A DNA stretch of 64,000 bases from Octopus vulgaris (taxonomy: Eukaryota). Shown here in pieces: positions 38,533 to 52,705 of this stretch (positions are counted from its first letter, which is position 1; every line of letters starts with the position of its first letter). The translations under genes and the position numbers were made by a program. The stretch spans positions 113,832,001 through 113,896,000 of the forward strand of contig OX597823.1 in assembly GCA_951406725.2 (NCBI GenBank). Direction: 5' to 3'. Under the pieces are notes generated by a model, which had not been told where the DNA came from, did not search any database, and saw only the letters and a list, made by a program, of their open reading frames with translations.

Positions 38533-40804
38533 AAATTCTGTCAGCTCGCCGACTTGAATGAATGTGATTCTACATATTTGATGAAGGGGTTGAAATGAGA
38601 AGTGAAGTCTTCACAGTATTGCTTACTGCTGCCTTCCGAGATCAATAAATAAAGCCAGTCAAATGCTGTGATCGATTTAATAAAATGTTTTCTATCGTAG
38701 TAATGTCACCTTGTTCTTATGTTAAAGATTATTGTTGATGAAGATTTGTAGACGATTAGAGAGTTGGAAAATTTCTTTGTGGTATGAGATTCCTACTTTA
38801 CGTTCGAATCTCACATCTTAGCGTGTTGAAATCAGCATTTCATCCTACGGGATAGGAAAATTAAGTTACCAATCACGTACTGGAGTCGATGACGTCATCA
38901 AACCCCTCTCCGACATCTATTAGTATTCAACAGAATAAATATTTACGTGAGCCATATACGGTTATTTGAAGTAGGGGCTAAAATTCATAGAACTCCACAT
39001 GACCCCTCATTGCTTTGTCAATATATTAAGGATATCAAATATTACAAAATATTATAAACAACCGAAACACTGATGGTACAAATGACGTCAACAACTTCCT
39101 CATTTTTTCTATATCACTTTTATGCCTAAAATCCTAATTTTTCACCATTACAAATAAGCCCACCCACACGCACACCCACGAACCACCTAAACGTGAGGCC
39201 CTTCTGGGAATAACTAGAACAGTTAAAGCAGTAAAGAACTCGTTTACAAATTCCAGCACTTAAAAATCAAGAAAGAATACGTTATATAGTGTAAATACAC
39301 CACAAAACATGATGCGGTTTCAGCTGGAATGAATTTGATTAGTGGTTAGGTCAATTGATATTTCACGAAACAGCCATTACCACAATTAATCTCTTTAACC
39401 AATACGGAAAAATGTACCTCAGAATGGTCGCTTGAAGGGCTCGAAATAACTGCCAATTTTCTCTCTGATTCTATCATACTATATTCAAAAGCAAGGATAC
39501 ATAAGATAACAATATCCTATATACACCAAATTTTAATATTTATAAAACAAAATAAAGGAAATAGGTTGGTCGTGAATTAAACGCCAATAATTGAAGGTTT
39601 GCTCTCAAATCTAGTACAACAACCACGACACCGATAATGATTCCTTCATTCCAGACTAAACTAGCGCTGTGGTTTCTTTCTCTTACTCGACATACATACT
39701 TTCATTTGCCATCGGAGTGCAACCATGCTTAACTAACATTTTCTACTCGATCACTGCCTACCTAATATTTAGTTAAAATTATTATTTCTTTTATTTATAT
39801 ATATCATTTCTAATTTGCAGTTTTGTCATAATTCTATGCAAGTTTTCACATCCATCCACAAACACGGTTACATTCATACACATAAAAAAACACATATGCA
39901 GGAATACAGGAACATACATATACATGACGGGATAACGCATACTTAAATATGTCGATCAACACGATGCTTGATCTGAAAATAGTTGTTCAAAGCACTTTGC
40001 AGTGGAATCGATTACGGAGCCAATTGATTGCAAAGTCCTCTTCTTGATCACATCATTTTGCCTACATAACTGTATGAGTGAAGTTGAAAATTCAGTGAAA
40101 CTACAATATAAAATTCTAACTGTCAAACCAGATATATTTTACAATAAGTTGCTGCTAATTATAGAGTACTTCCAGATGTAAATTAAAAAGAAAAATTTCA
40201 AAGGAATATCAATAGAAAATATTCTTTTCTAAAATTGAAACATATAATAATAATTCTGGACGATAATGTCTTAGAAAATAATACTAAATGTACTATTTTA
40301 ATGTAAAACAAAGAATATAATAGCAGAGTAACTTAATGTACATTCAGAATGTTCTGGGACAAAAAAATAAGTTGCCCATTAGAGAATATTTATTTCTAAA
40401 AGTATATTTAATCTGTTCCGTCATTTCACCTTACAATATAAAAGTTAAAATATAGTAATTATATGTCTACGCATTTTCGCTCTACAGTTATGCCCATGTG
40501 TGAATATGATACTCTATGCGTATGTGCAATGTGTGCATCTGTGTCTCTTTTCCTCTTTATATATCTGTCAATCAATCTGAGTGTGTGTGTATATATATAT
40601 ATTTTTTTTTTTCTTTCCTCCATCTTATTCTCTATTTGCATCACATCGAAACTAAGTATGACTTAACTTTTCCTCTCACACCGTCTCCTATGAAGGGATA
40701 TTATTTATTATTAATTAATATCCTAGAAACAGCAGTAAGACCTTCTATCTATAAATGCTCTATTATATATACAGCCTTGGTCTTTTTTACCACATTACGC
40801 AACA

Positions 40805-40910
<106 letters not shown>

Positions 40911-40932
40911 TATATATACATATATATATATA

Positions 40933-40978
<46 letters not shown>

Positions 40979-40983
<5 letters not shown>

Positions 40984-42148
40984 TTATCGCCATACTAATA
41001 TGGCATTCTCATAAAAATAAGAAAAAAGCTGTCCGATTATTAGCTCCATGAGGCCATCGCCTTAAGTTAGCTATTTGATACACAAACTGTATCCATATAA
41101 CCTTCGAAGAAGGGAGGTCAGTCGCTCCACACTACTTGACCGGCAGCTACAGACGCGTTTCGGGGTATTGCCCCTTTTCAATGCAGCGTAGCCAGCCAGT
41201 AGGTGTCGCTTCCGACAATCTCTGTTCGATGGTTTTATTTACCTAGTTTCGGTGGAATACATCCACTTGTTTTCAATAATAGAAATATTAAAATAACTAA
41301 GTCTCTCTAAAAGAGAACAGCGGCAGCGTTCCCGGAAAATAATAGTTATCGCCATACTAATATGGCATTCTTATAAAAATAAGAAAAAAGCTGTCCGCTT
41401 ATTAGCTCCATGAGGCCATCGCCTTAAGTTAGCTATTTGATACACAAACTGTATCCATATAACCTTCGAACAAAGGAGGTCAGTCGCTCCACACTACTTG
41501 ACCGGCAGCGACAGACGCGTTTCGGGGTATTGCCCCTTTTCAATGCAGCGTAGCCAGCCAGTAGGTGTCGCTTCCGACAATCTCTGTTCGATGGTTTTAT
41601 TTACCTAGTTTCGGTGGAATACATCCACTTGTTTTCAATAATAGAAATATTAAAATAACTAAGTCTCTCTAAAAGAGAACAGCAGCAGCGTTCCCGGAAA
41701 ATAATAGTTATCGCCATACTAATATGGCATTCTTATAAAAATAAGAAAAAAGCTTAGAGATACTTAGTTATTTTAATATTTCTATTATTGAAAACAAGTG
41801 GATGTATTCCACCGAAACTAGTAAATAAAACCATCGAACAGAGATTGTCGGAAGCGACACCTACTGGCTGGCTACGCTGCATTGAAAAGGAGCAATACCC
41901 CGAAACGCGTCTGTAGCTGCCGGTCAAGTAGTGTGGAGCGACTGACCTCCCTTGTTCGAAGGTTATATGGATACAGTTTGTGTATCAAATAGCTAACTTA
42001 AGGCGATGGCCTCATGGAGCTAATAAGCGGACAGCTTTTTTCTTATTTTTATGAGAATGCCATATTAGTATGGCGATAACTATTATTTTCCGGGAACGCT
42101 GCCGCTGTTCTCTTTTAGAGAGACTTAGTTATTTTAGTATTTCTATTA
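40979..42148. mobile_element. Young 362-bp tandem repeat (about 2.1 copies) plus an inverted ~1.1 copy; retrozyme/PLE pseudo-LTR array
   Basis: tagttatcgccatact recurs at 40981, 41343 and 41705 (period 362). 41754-42148 is the reverse complement of the unit. Few substitutions between copies; long (AT)n on both flanks. Confidence 0.92.
41146..41187 (-). ncRNA. Minimal type I hammerhead ribozyme with U3-A8 core (further copies at 41508-41549 minus and 41876-41917 plus)
   Basis: gctgca-TTGAAAA-gggg-caata-cccc-GAAAC-gc-GTC-tgtagc: 6-bp helix I, 4-bp helix II, palindrome ACGCGT, GUC triplet. Confidence 0.88.
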
Positions 42149-43083
42149 TATATATATACATATATATATATAAACATATATATATATATATATATTGCCT
42201 GTTGTTTGGTTATTATCTCTACTTTTAAGAGCAACAACAAATGCAAATTTACTCAACACCACTCAATCTTAAGTTCACTTTAAATATTTCCTGGTCCCAT
42301 CACTGTGTAACGCAATGATAGATACCAATGCAGTAATTCCAGTGCGTGCACCTGTATGTAGATGCGTGTGTTGACGTGTGCATGTATATATGTTCGAACA
42401 GATGCAAGTATGTAATCTTTAAAAGTATATAATTCACAGTGCCATGAGAAAAGGTGCTTATTATGTGTTTAGAAGAATTTAAAAATTATTAGACATTAAT
42501 AAATTATAAACGGAACGATATACTGGATATTGGCAGTAAAAGAGAATAAAATCTAGAGTCGTCACTTTTGGAATTCCAGTGAAAATATGGTCCGACAAAA
42601 ATTAACAGCTGATAATAAACAATATTTCCCATCACTTTACTTTCAGATTACTGATTTATCAGTTAACATTTTAACGAATCTAAACAGAAATAAAGCAGTT
42701 CCCCAAATCAATGACGATATTATTATATATCTAAAATTACGGATCAAATACGTTTTATCTGGTGACGTGTAGAATATAGGAAGTATTAGGTAAGCGATAA
42801 ATTACGTGTCCTTTTGGACAGAGAAACGAAATATAGCTGCGTCGAAGGTTGGAGGGACTGATGAGTTAAACAAATGTATGGATTTATACTGGAAAGTGTG
42901 TGATAAATCTGTGCAATGAGCATGCCACATCAAATTGTATCACTTCAATATGGGCATTGTGACACCCAGTTGTGGCTCCCAGAATGTATAAGAAGAGGTA
43001 AAGAAAACTGCTTGTATAAGTTGGTACTCATCTGCGTTAAAAAATTATATATATATATATATATATATACATATATGTATATA

Positions 43084-43388
43084 TCACGTGAACACGTGAC
43101 CGACCGTACCATCAGATGCTGTTACACACCGCTGGTCACAATGCGTTCGCATTGTTTTAGCCTTCGAACGACGACACCCCGCTGGTTAAGCGAGCAGGCC
43201 AACAGAAGAAAGAGTGAAAGAGTGGTGAAAGAGTACAGCAGGGATCACCACCAACCCCCTACCGGAGCATCGTGGAGCTATTAAGGTGTTTTCGCTAAAT
43301 AAACACTCACAACGCCCGGTCTGAGAAACGAAACCGCGATCCTACAACCACGAGTCCGCTGACCTAACCACTGGGCCATTTCCCCACA
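43084..43388 (-). mobile_element. tRNA-derived SINE family C
   Basis: Minus-strand head ggggaaaTGGCCCAGTGGttaggtcagcggactcgtggttgtaggatcgcggtttcg: A-box and tRNA-like layout. Confidence 0.8.
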
Positions 43389-43479
43389 ACATATGTATAT
43401 ATACATATAATTATATGTACATATGTGTCTGTGTTCTTTAATTCTTTTATTTGTATCATTCATTTGATGGACCACCGTC

Positions 43480-43649
43480 TTTTAGCTGAACAAGTAAACG
43501 TAGGACTTATTCTTTGTAAGCTTGGTACTTATTCTGTCGGGCTCTTTTGTCGAACCGCTATTTACGATGACATAAACAAACCACCATCAAACGATGGTGA
43601 AGAAACAGATACAGATACAAACATACACACAAATGAATATATACACATT

Positions 43650-43684
<35 letters not shown>

Positions 43685-43822
43685 CGACGGATTTCTTTCA
43701 ATTTCCGTCTACCGAATCAACTCACAAGGATTTGGTGGGGCCGAGACTATATTAGAATACAGTTGTACAAGATGCTACGCACTGAGACTGAACCCAGAAC
43801 CACATGGTTGAGAAGTAAGCTC
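43480..43822 (-). mobile_element. Family B SINE, degraded
   Basis: Reverse-complement similarity to 25302-25720. Confidence 0.8.
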
Positions 43823-44043
43823 CATACAGCGTAGTGTATAACTCTGATGTCGCTGGTGCTAAAACACTTTAGAGCTATGGACAGGCGCGATAAATCACCG
43901 TCAATCTCATTTGGGAGTGATGGACATCAATGTTTCACCTTTTTTTGTGGATTATCAACACCACCTACCCGCCTTACTTAAAGGCGAGTCAACTAGCCAG
44001 TCCAACAAATATATGGCAACTATATTATATATATATATTTATA

Positions 44044-44119
<76 letters not shown>

Positions 44120-44222
44120 ATATAATAATAAATATTAGGGAATAAATCCAAATTTACAGGGAAAAATGTATTGATTAAGTCTTTCCTTGTTTGTTTTGCA
44201 AAGTAGTGGTTTTGTCTCGAAT

Positions 44223-44314
<92 letters not shown>

Positions 44315-44411
44315 CATACATATAATATATATACATATACACACACATATATATATATACATATAATATATATATATATATATTTATGTGTATGTGTGTG
44401 TATGTATTACA

Positions 44412-44678
44412 TTCTTTAGCCGACGCGCTAAGTTATGGGGACATACACCGGCGGTCAAATGGTTGTCCGAGAAAAAACACAGACACAATGACACACACTT
44501 AGATATATACATATACGTATATACGACAGGATTCTTTCAGTTTCCATCTACCAAATCCACGCACTAGGCTGTAGTCGGCTTGAAGCTATAGTAGAACGCA
44601 CTTGCCAAAGTTGCGACGCCGTGGGACTGAGTCTGGAACCAGGAGTTTGGAAGCAAGATTATTAGTACAGAGCCACTT
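44412..44678 (-). mobile_element. Family B SINE, degraded
   Basis: ttctttcagtttccatctaccaaatccac...gtgggactgag. Confidence 0.8.
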
Positions 44679-45224
44679 ATATATGTATGTATATATGCCT
44701 GTATGTATGTATATATATATATATATGTACGTATATATATATGTAATATATGTATGTATACATATATGTAATATATGTATGTATATATGTATGTATCTAA
44801 GTATTTGCTAAGAGATGATGATGGAAAGAAGGGGAAAGTGTAGATAGTTGATCACTGAGACCAGGGAGATCGAACAGGCTGATTTTCTTAAATAAGGGAA
44901 TGTTTATAACAGGAGGAAAATATATGGACAAGAATCGAAAGCAAAAAATTTCTCTTCTGTGAAGGAATATCTAAGTGGATTGCATAATATGTGGAGTGTG
45001 AATGTGATCGGACAGGGGCCTTATAATATTAATTACAGGAAGGACAGAGATAAACTCAATCGTGTAGGCTTCGTGGCACGACTTTAGCCATATCAAATCA
45101 TCAAATGTTTTTGTAACAATGGTTGGGGTACGATGCAAGACGTTTGAGGAACTGAACTTGGCTGGTATTTGTGAACATACTAATGCCAATATAGTGACCA
45201 TTACAATTATGGTTAGGATACATT

Positions 45225-45395
45225 TGGCGAACTGACAGCATAGTTAGCATGCCAAACAAAATGCGTATCGGCATTTCTTCGGTCCTTACGCTGTGCGTTT
45301 GAATTCCGCCGGGGTCAGTTTGCCTTTCATCCTTTTGGGGGTCGATAAATTAAGTATCAGTAGCACCGAGGTCGGGGTAATCGACTAACCCCTTA
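45225..45395 (+). mobile_element. Family A SINE
   Basis: ggcgaactgacagcatagttagcatgcc...gaattccgccggggtc...gcctttcatcc...gggtcgataaattaagta. Confidence 0.85.
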
Positions 45396-45469
45396 GGTTT
45401 ATGATGTTTATGATGTTCGATTGTGTCGTAGAAAAGTTGTCCCTAACCCCGAATAGTGATGCCAAATTT

Positions 45470-46005
45470 TGTGATACAGCCCTTTGTATGCTGTAGTTGA
45501 GATGCAGTAATTATTATCTTGAAGCTGTACTGCTGTTCGTGCAACACTGTGCACGGAATGCAACCATTGTTGTGGGAGAGACATGATGCAACCCTTGCTA
45601 TGTTGAGATGTGGTACCGTTATTACTATCTTGAATATGTGATGTAGTTGCTAAGTGGTGTATTCTATGCAGAGGTTGCTCATTTGCTGCTTGGATGCAGT
45701 CGATGCTATATTGATGTTTGGTCCTGTTATACTTATGATCGAAGATTTTATCTTAAAAATGTAATCCGGTTATTGCTATGGTGCATATGTAGTGCAATCA
45801 TTACTATGTTATGTATATGCTGCAACTATTGCTTTGTTGCGCATGTGATGCAGCTGTTGCTATGCTGAAAATGTTATGTTGTTCTAACTATGCTGATAAT
45901 GTGGGGCAGCCTTTGGTAAGGTAAAGATTTATTGGAATTGTTGCTGTGGTGAAGATGTAACGCAGTCAGTGCTATGTTGTGAAGGTGAAGTGTAACATTT
46001 GGCTC
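45470..46005. repeat. Degenerate 28-bp minisatellite
   Basis: Consecutive 28-mers from ~45761 with approximate consensus GTGATGCAGYNATTGCTATGNTGAAGAT. Confidence 0.75.
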
Positions 46006-47429
46006 ACTACATTCTGAATTTGAAACCTAATATTCTTTATCATATATTTTATCCACTTATAAAATGCATATATCTCTCTCGCTTAGACCAAATAGTGCCC
46101 TACACAATATTGTGCATTTTCTTAAAATTATAAATCAGTTTTGAACTAGGGAAAACTACGTACTAAACAAATAACAAACCGTGGTGGAAATCTCGATGTC
46201 CATAGTATGCAAATATTATATAGATAGCTTAATGTAATGAATATGATTATGTTGACCAGAAAGTGAAACTAGCTCCTGGACTGCAATCACCAGCAGCTTA
46301 CTACCTCTTGCGGGTTAGTGCCAACTACGGATATTTCAAATAATGTACTGCTTCCATAAATATCTATTGCTTTCGAACTGCATAGCGAATTAATCTACTT
46401 CTCACTGTAATAGATATTGGTTGTTAAGTAATATTTAAATTTGGACCCAATTTAAACAGAAAATTGCTTTTGATTAACGGAATATTCGGTCAAAAATAGT
46501 AATGTTACTTTTGGAATGCCTCCAGTTCAGATCAACTTGGGATTCCGAAATTCCTTCCAATGCTAAATAGATATCTGGCTTTAGTCCATAGAACCATCTC
46601 CAAGAAAATATTTCGGAGGAAGAAGGTAAATAATAGAAAAACACATCATTACTGGTAACTGACTTCACTAAATCTTGAAAATACACGGAAAAATTCAGCA
46701 AATATGTGGCTATATTTTCTAGCAATTAACTCCACATAATCTGTTGTATACGGATGAAGGTGTCTTGACCGCTTCCGTTTGCAACTCTCTTACCTAGCTG
46801 GAACTCATTCCATATCTCTCGTATCTCTCATGACGATAATCACTCAGCCCGGAGGAGAAAATATTAAATGTCTGTGAAACCGGATAGAAGAATGATTACA
46901 TTCATATATATATATATATATATATAAGTGTTTGTATATATATGTATATATATTTATTTAGTTATATATGCAGGTATATATTATGTATATATGTGTATGT
47001 GTTTCTATGCATGTATGCATGTCTGTGTATATGTTAGTGTGTGTGTAAGAGAGAGTGAACGTATAGCCAGTTAGTTTGTTTACTTGATATAGATGGATAA
47101 TAACAATGATTGATTGTTATATTTTGGACCGAAAATATATCATAAATATCTTCGATTTTATTCTCTCCATTACTTTGTGAAACTTAGTTTCCAAACACTC
47201 GTTCTTTCGCTTTCATCCTATCTTACCGTTCACACCTTTTTGCTTACCAATCTCACTTCAATATGGTGTGCGATTGTGTGTGTGTGTGTCTATGAGTATT
47301 AATGTGTGTGCATTTCTGAGTTTGTAAAGCTGAGGAAAATAACATGTACCACCACCATATAGATAAAAAGAACATATTTCCGTTATCGTGTAGTGTGTAT
47401 GCACGCTTACTTATGCATATATATGGGTG

Positions 47430-47533
<104 letters not shown>

Positions 47534-47538
47534 TCTGC

Positions 47539-47595
<57 letters not shown>

Positions 47596-47614
47596 CATAC
47601 ATATATATATATAC

Positions 47615-47666
<52 letters not shown>

Positions 47667-48357
47667 TTTATTTATATATGTATATACATATATGCATGTC
47701 TCTACGCATGTATGTATCGGTATATTAATATGTATGCACATACATACATACATATACCTGTAAGAACAAATGTCTATTTGTGCGTGCCTTCGCATATAAT
47801 TGCTTTTGTTGTATCGGTGCCATGTCTATCAGAAAAGTTCGCCAGTGACAAGCCTAGAACTAGGTAAAAGACGGCGGATAATTTTGAAGTCAGTTTAATG
47901 ATAAATAATTTGATGAAATTGCCTTCCAATTATTAATGATTCGTTAATTATACAAAGAGACGTTTCATTGAAATAAACGGAGAAAAAAGTATGAAATAGA
48001 TTTAAAATTAGTACGGGAGATCTCACTCCCATGAACTATTTTATTCCGATGTTATCGTTTATTTAAAGAATATGATATGATATTTGTATGTAAAGCAAAT
48101 TATAGATCAATAACCAAAATATTGCGGCTATTAATCTAAATATACATATGGCCTGCTCTGCGATTATCTGGAAGACCAATGAAAGATTGCTGCTTGCGTG
48201 CTGTCTTTTTTTTTTACTATTTTGTTTTGTTTTCATCTTCATACGTTCATAAATTCTTTACTTGACTTTTAATGCACTTCCTTCGGAGGAATTTTAAATT
48301 AGACATTATTTTAACTGCCAACAGTAAATTTGCTGCAATGCCGAAAGCAGCATTTAG

Positions 48358-48388
48358 TTGATGATGATTAAGACGATGATGATGGTGT

Positions 48389-48419
<31 letters not shown>

Positions 48420-49010
48420 GGTGACGAGGACGATGACGACAACAAACAAGAAGAAGACGAAGGAAAAGAAGAAGAAGAAGAAGAAGAAGAAGGAAAAGAA
48501 GAAAAAGAAGAGGAAAAGGAGAAGAAGAAGAAGGAGGAGGAGGAGGAGGAAAAGAAGAAAAAGGAGAGGAAAAGGAGAATAAGAAGGAGGAGGAGGAGGA
48601 GGAGGAAAAGTAAAAGAAGAAAGAAAAGAAGAAAAGAAGAAAAGAAGAGGAAGAGAAGGGGGAAGAGGAGGAAAAGAAGAAAAAAGAAGAAGAAAGGGAA
48701 AGAAGAAAAAGAAGAGGAAGAAGAAGGAAAGGAAAAGAAGGGGAGGAAGAAGAAGGAAAAGAAGAATTTTAATGTTAATGATGATGAGAAGATAAATTTA
48801 CAGCTTTTATTCAAGACAAGAATTCCATTATGATAACTATAACTAACAATATCACCATCAACAGTTGATAATAGTAATGATGATCATGATGATAATGACG
48901 ACGATGTCGATGATGATGACAGAGACGATGACGAAGATAGAAAAGAAATAGGAGGTGGATGACAATCAGAGGAACATAGAGAGGAGAAAAGCAGGCACAG
49001 AAAATAGAGC

Positions 49011-49071
<61 letters not shown>

Positions 49072-49235
49072 ATAGTAGTAGTAGTAGAGGTAGTAGTAGT
49101 AGTAGCAGCAGCAGCAGTAGAGTGTATTAGTAGTAGTAGTGGCGGCAACAGCAGCAGCAGCAGTAGTAGTAGTAGTTGTAGTATTAGTAGTAGTAGTAGC
49201 GGCATCATCAACATCATCAGCAGCAGCAGCAGCTT

Positions 49236-49272
<37 letters not shown>
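48358..49272. repeat. Compound trinucleotide/polypurine tract (GAT, GGT, GAA, GAG, TAG, CAG)
   Basis: Direct reading of the sequence. Confidence 0.95.
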
Positions 49273-49273
<1 letters not shown>

Positions 49274-50527
49274 CAAAGAACAGGAGGGTGGGAAGGAAGT
49301 GGAATGGAGGAGAAATGGATGTGGACTGCAGGAGGAGGGGAGGCGGAATGGTGGAGGGAGAGCAGGAAGGGAGGCATGGAGAGGGTGTGGAGATACAGAT
49401 GGAAGAGGTGCAGGAGGGGAATGCGGAGGTGGAGTAAGACAGGTACGTGGTTCGCGTTGGGGAGGCGTTGGTGCTCTGAATTTCCTTCCTACCAACCAAT
49501 AAACTTTCTAACGCTTTGATACCTTGAACAGCAAACAATGCCGCCGAGTAACAATTTGTTGTTAAATGAAGTTCCTTCTTCATTAAAACTTTGGAAAATT
49601 CACAATAATCCTGATAAGTTTGCAGCCGAAATAGACAAATAAATGCGGTGTCTATAGGTCAATAATCTGCGAATGAAGTCACACTAACTAAATGAACTTT
49701 TAACAATCAGATGTCCCCTGTAAAATAATTATTTGGCACATCAGGCACTTTTGAACCGACAGGAAACTACATTCAGGAAGATTTCTATTCGGTACAGTAT
49801 TAAATCATTAGATTTTTCGGGTTATTAAATCAGCCACTCTAGAATGGTGACTCATACTAGTTCTGTAAAATGCGAATATCCAGAGTAGGCTTACCTGTTA
49901 TTCATAAAGGCAGTGTAGCCAAATTTAGATTCTCTTTGATCAAACGTGTTCAATTTATTACTATGTCGTACAGAGAGTAGGTAAGGTCTCATCAAGGAAT
50001 CCATGATGAAAGCTCTTTTCGATTCAGTGTTGTAAAACAAATTCCGAATGATTTGGCTGCTGTTTCATGCAACAAACTTGCTAAGAATGTTACATATTAA
50101 TATAATATATTAACATAATATATTAAATCTAAAAAGCTGACAAGTGTGGGGGGGAGTCACGAGAAATTTTAATACAGCTCGAGGCTCCAACCGAAACAGG
50201 AGACCCGAAAAGATAAGGTTGAGAAACGCTGTTAAAGATTATGCCTAACCGAAAACGATCAAAGCCACATCATCCAAACAGACCGTGTAAAACCGGGATT
50301 AGGATAATATATTTATGAGAATTTATCAAGTAGTTAGCGTGAAAAACCTCATAAGAGCAAAAAATCCATCAATTTTTCTCTTAAATATATTGATTTCTAT
50401 TGAGGGCATTACTATACATAAATGTGTGGCATTTACGTAAAGTAATTTGATTTAGTATTTCTAAATTAAATTTTTCCCTGTAAGTTTGGAAAAATATTCC
50501 CTCATATTTATATATATATATATATAC

Positions 50528-50700
50528 ATTTCTCTCTTTGTTTCTCTCCTTGTTTTTTTTTCAGTGTATATTTCTGTCGAAGAGCGTAGGCTCGAAACGT
50601 AAAAGACTTTTTCTATTCCTGAGCGCTGTACTAATACATTTGTTTGCTTGAACTCCACCTGCCTTCGTCTTTTGTTTATTTTCGTAAACTTTCCCTTTAT
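50528..50700 (+). mobile_element. PLE-type pseudo-LTR fragment (family of 1175-1342) with hammerhead-like motif at 50571-50605
   Basis: ttt-CTGTCGA-a-gagc-gtag-gctc-GAAAC-GTA-aaa; (AT)n flanks. Confidence 0.7.
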
Positions 50701-50742
50701 ATATATATATATATTTACATACATATATACATATTTACATAC

Positions 50743-50802
<60 letters not shown>

Positions 50803-51525
50803 GTTTAAATATTTGTTGTGCAAGATTTTTTTTTATGTGAAGTCGTGTGTTGAAACAGATATTGTTATATTTCGGAATGGTCATATTGCCAGTTTAGCCA
50901 ATAAAAACACACGCACTATATATTTGGTGTTATTTTGCTTCAGTGATATTTATTTTTTACATTAATCTTAATCTTATTTCGGCCAAAGTTCTTTCGTCAC
51001 ACTCCTGTGACCGCATCAGTGGTCCTTTGTTTTCTTCTCACTTACTTGTGTCTCTCCTTACTAACCGTCAGCCATTTTATATTTCTATTGTATGTCTTCA
51101 TTTGCGCATGTTTATATCTCTATGTGCGTCTATGTTTATTTAGTGTGTGTGTGGGGGGGATGCCTGTAATATTTGTATCTTCTGTTTATATACATTCTTG
51201 TAATTTGTATTTTGTTTTTGTTGTTGTTGCTTTTGTTCTAATTTTGTTCATGTGTTTACATCCACCCATTATTATCATTACATATGCTTGTATGTATGTA
51301 TAACAACAATATTAGTAATAATAATAATAAATCTAATGGAAAAAAAAAAAAAAAAAAAAGGAATATACATATACATATATATATATACATACACATACAT
51401 ATACATATATATATATATACATATACACACACATATATACACATATACATATACATATATATAGATATTCATTTCTATTTCTTTAATTACCTGTGTATTT
51501 ATTATGTTTGCAGGATCCACTATTG

Positions 51526-52541
51526 TCATATGTTGTGGTGTGCGCTATTGCTCCATTCTAGTTTTCTATTCAGGCTAGGTTTATTTTCTATTATATGTGT
51601 AGCTTCTGTAATTTGTCTAATTGTTGCATCTGTTCTATGTGTGGACAATATCTTAATCTCTATGTTATTGATTGATCCCCCGTGTTCTTGTTCGGCGTGT
51701 TGGTACAGAATCGATGAGCTTTTACCTTCCTTGAGTTGTCTCCAATGTTCATTCACCCGCTCACCAATGCTTCTTGCAGTTTCCCCTACGTATGTTACTG
51801 TCTTGTTACTGCATCGTCCCTCTATACATCTTATACTATAGACCACATTTCTGGCTTTACAGTTCGTTTGTGGGCTAAATCTACATACAGTGCAATAGTT
51901 ATCCGTACAGAGAGTTCTACTAAAAGGATAGCTTCTACCAATTATAGATCTGATAGGGTTGCCTGGCTTTTCAACAACCTTAATTCTTAGTTTAAGTTTA
52001 TCTAGGGTCCTTCTAAAGCGGTACGCTAGTTCACCTCCAGGGGTGGTGTCAACGAACATGACACTCTGGTATTTATGGCTATCATACCAAGAGTTGGCCT
52101 TCCCTATTTTCTTTTTGTCCTTTCTATAGTGTTCCATGACTTGTTCCTATAGAGTGGGCAAATCCCATTCCTATCATTACATAATATATTATCAAATTTC
52201 TTCATGGCTCCTTTGTATACTCTGATCCTTTCTTTATGGCTGTAACCTGAGAACTGCATGCGGTGAATGAAGTACTGTATGTGTCTTTTTAATTCTGTAG
52301 GCTCGCACATGCGTGACACATTTCTCATTATTCTGACGAGGTCTGCCATCAAAATATTGAATTTGGCATTGCCCGCAATGGCTGAGTTCCGGTGGATCAG
52401 GTATTTTGAGGCCATAGGTTTTGCATAGTATGAATGAAGGATTTGGGTTTTATTTTTCACAATTTCTAGCCAGAGTTCAGTGTCTAGTACTGGTAGTCTA
52501 TGGTTGGGGTGTTTAGTGGGGTAGTCTATTGTGACCTTAAT
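51526..52541 (-). pseudogene. PLE RT thumb, Cys-rich linker and GIY-YIG endonuclease; one frameshift
   Basis: DYPTKHPNHRLPVLD...YYAKPMAS...SGYS...PLYR, frameshift near 52110-52120, then C-x4-C-x2-C-x7-C and NVVYSIRC...YVGETARSIGERVNEH...RQITEA...KPSLN. Confidence 0.93.
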
Positions 52542-52660
52542 ACTAAATAAACATAGACGCACATAGAGATATAAACATGCGCAAATGAAGACATACAATA
52601 GAAATATAAAATGGCTGACGGTTAGTAAGGAGAGACACAAGTAAGTGAGAAGAAAACAAA

Positions 52661-52705
52661 GGACCACTGATGCGGTCACAGGAGTGTGACGAAAGAACTT
52701 TGGCC
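52661..52705 (+). ncRNA. Hammerhead-like motif in the PLE pseudo-LTR (sense copy at 50981-51025, minus)
   Basis: ggacca-CTGATGC-g-gtcac-aggagt-gtgac-GAAA-gaa-CTT-tggcc; A9C deviation in both copies. Confidence 0.6.

Noticed and set aside
42853-42910. ggga-CTGATGA-gttaaac...GAAA as a hammerhead
   Set aside because: Helix II is imperfect, and there is no NUH followed by a strand complementary to helix I.
45470-46005. 28-bp periodic repeat as a CRISPR array
   Set aside because: Units are contiguous with no spacers, highly degenerate, in a eukaryotic context with no cas genes.
46845-46895. cggaggaga...gtctgtGAAACCGGAT next to (AT)n as a decayed hammerhead
   Set aside because: Too many core and helix mismatches to support, although the context is suggestive.
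50140-50231. aaggttgagaaacgctg as the right end of a hAT-type MITE
   Set aside because: No convincing matching left TIR or 8-bp TSD found.
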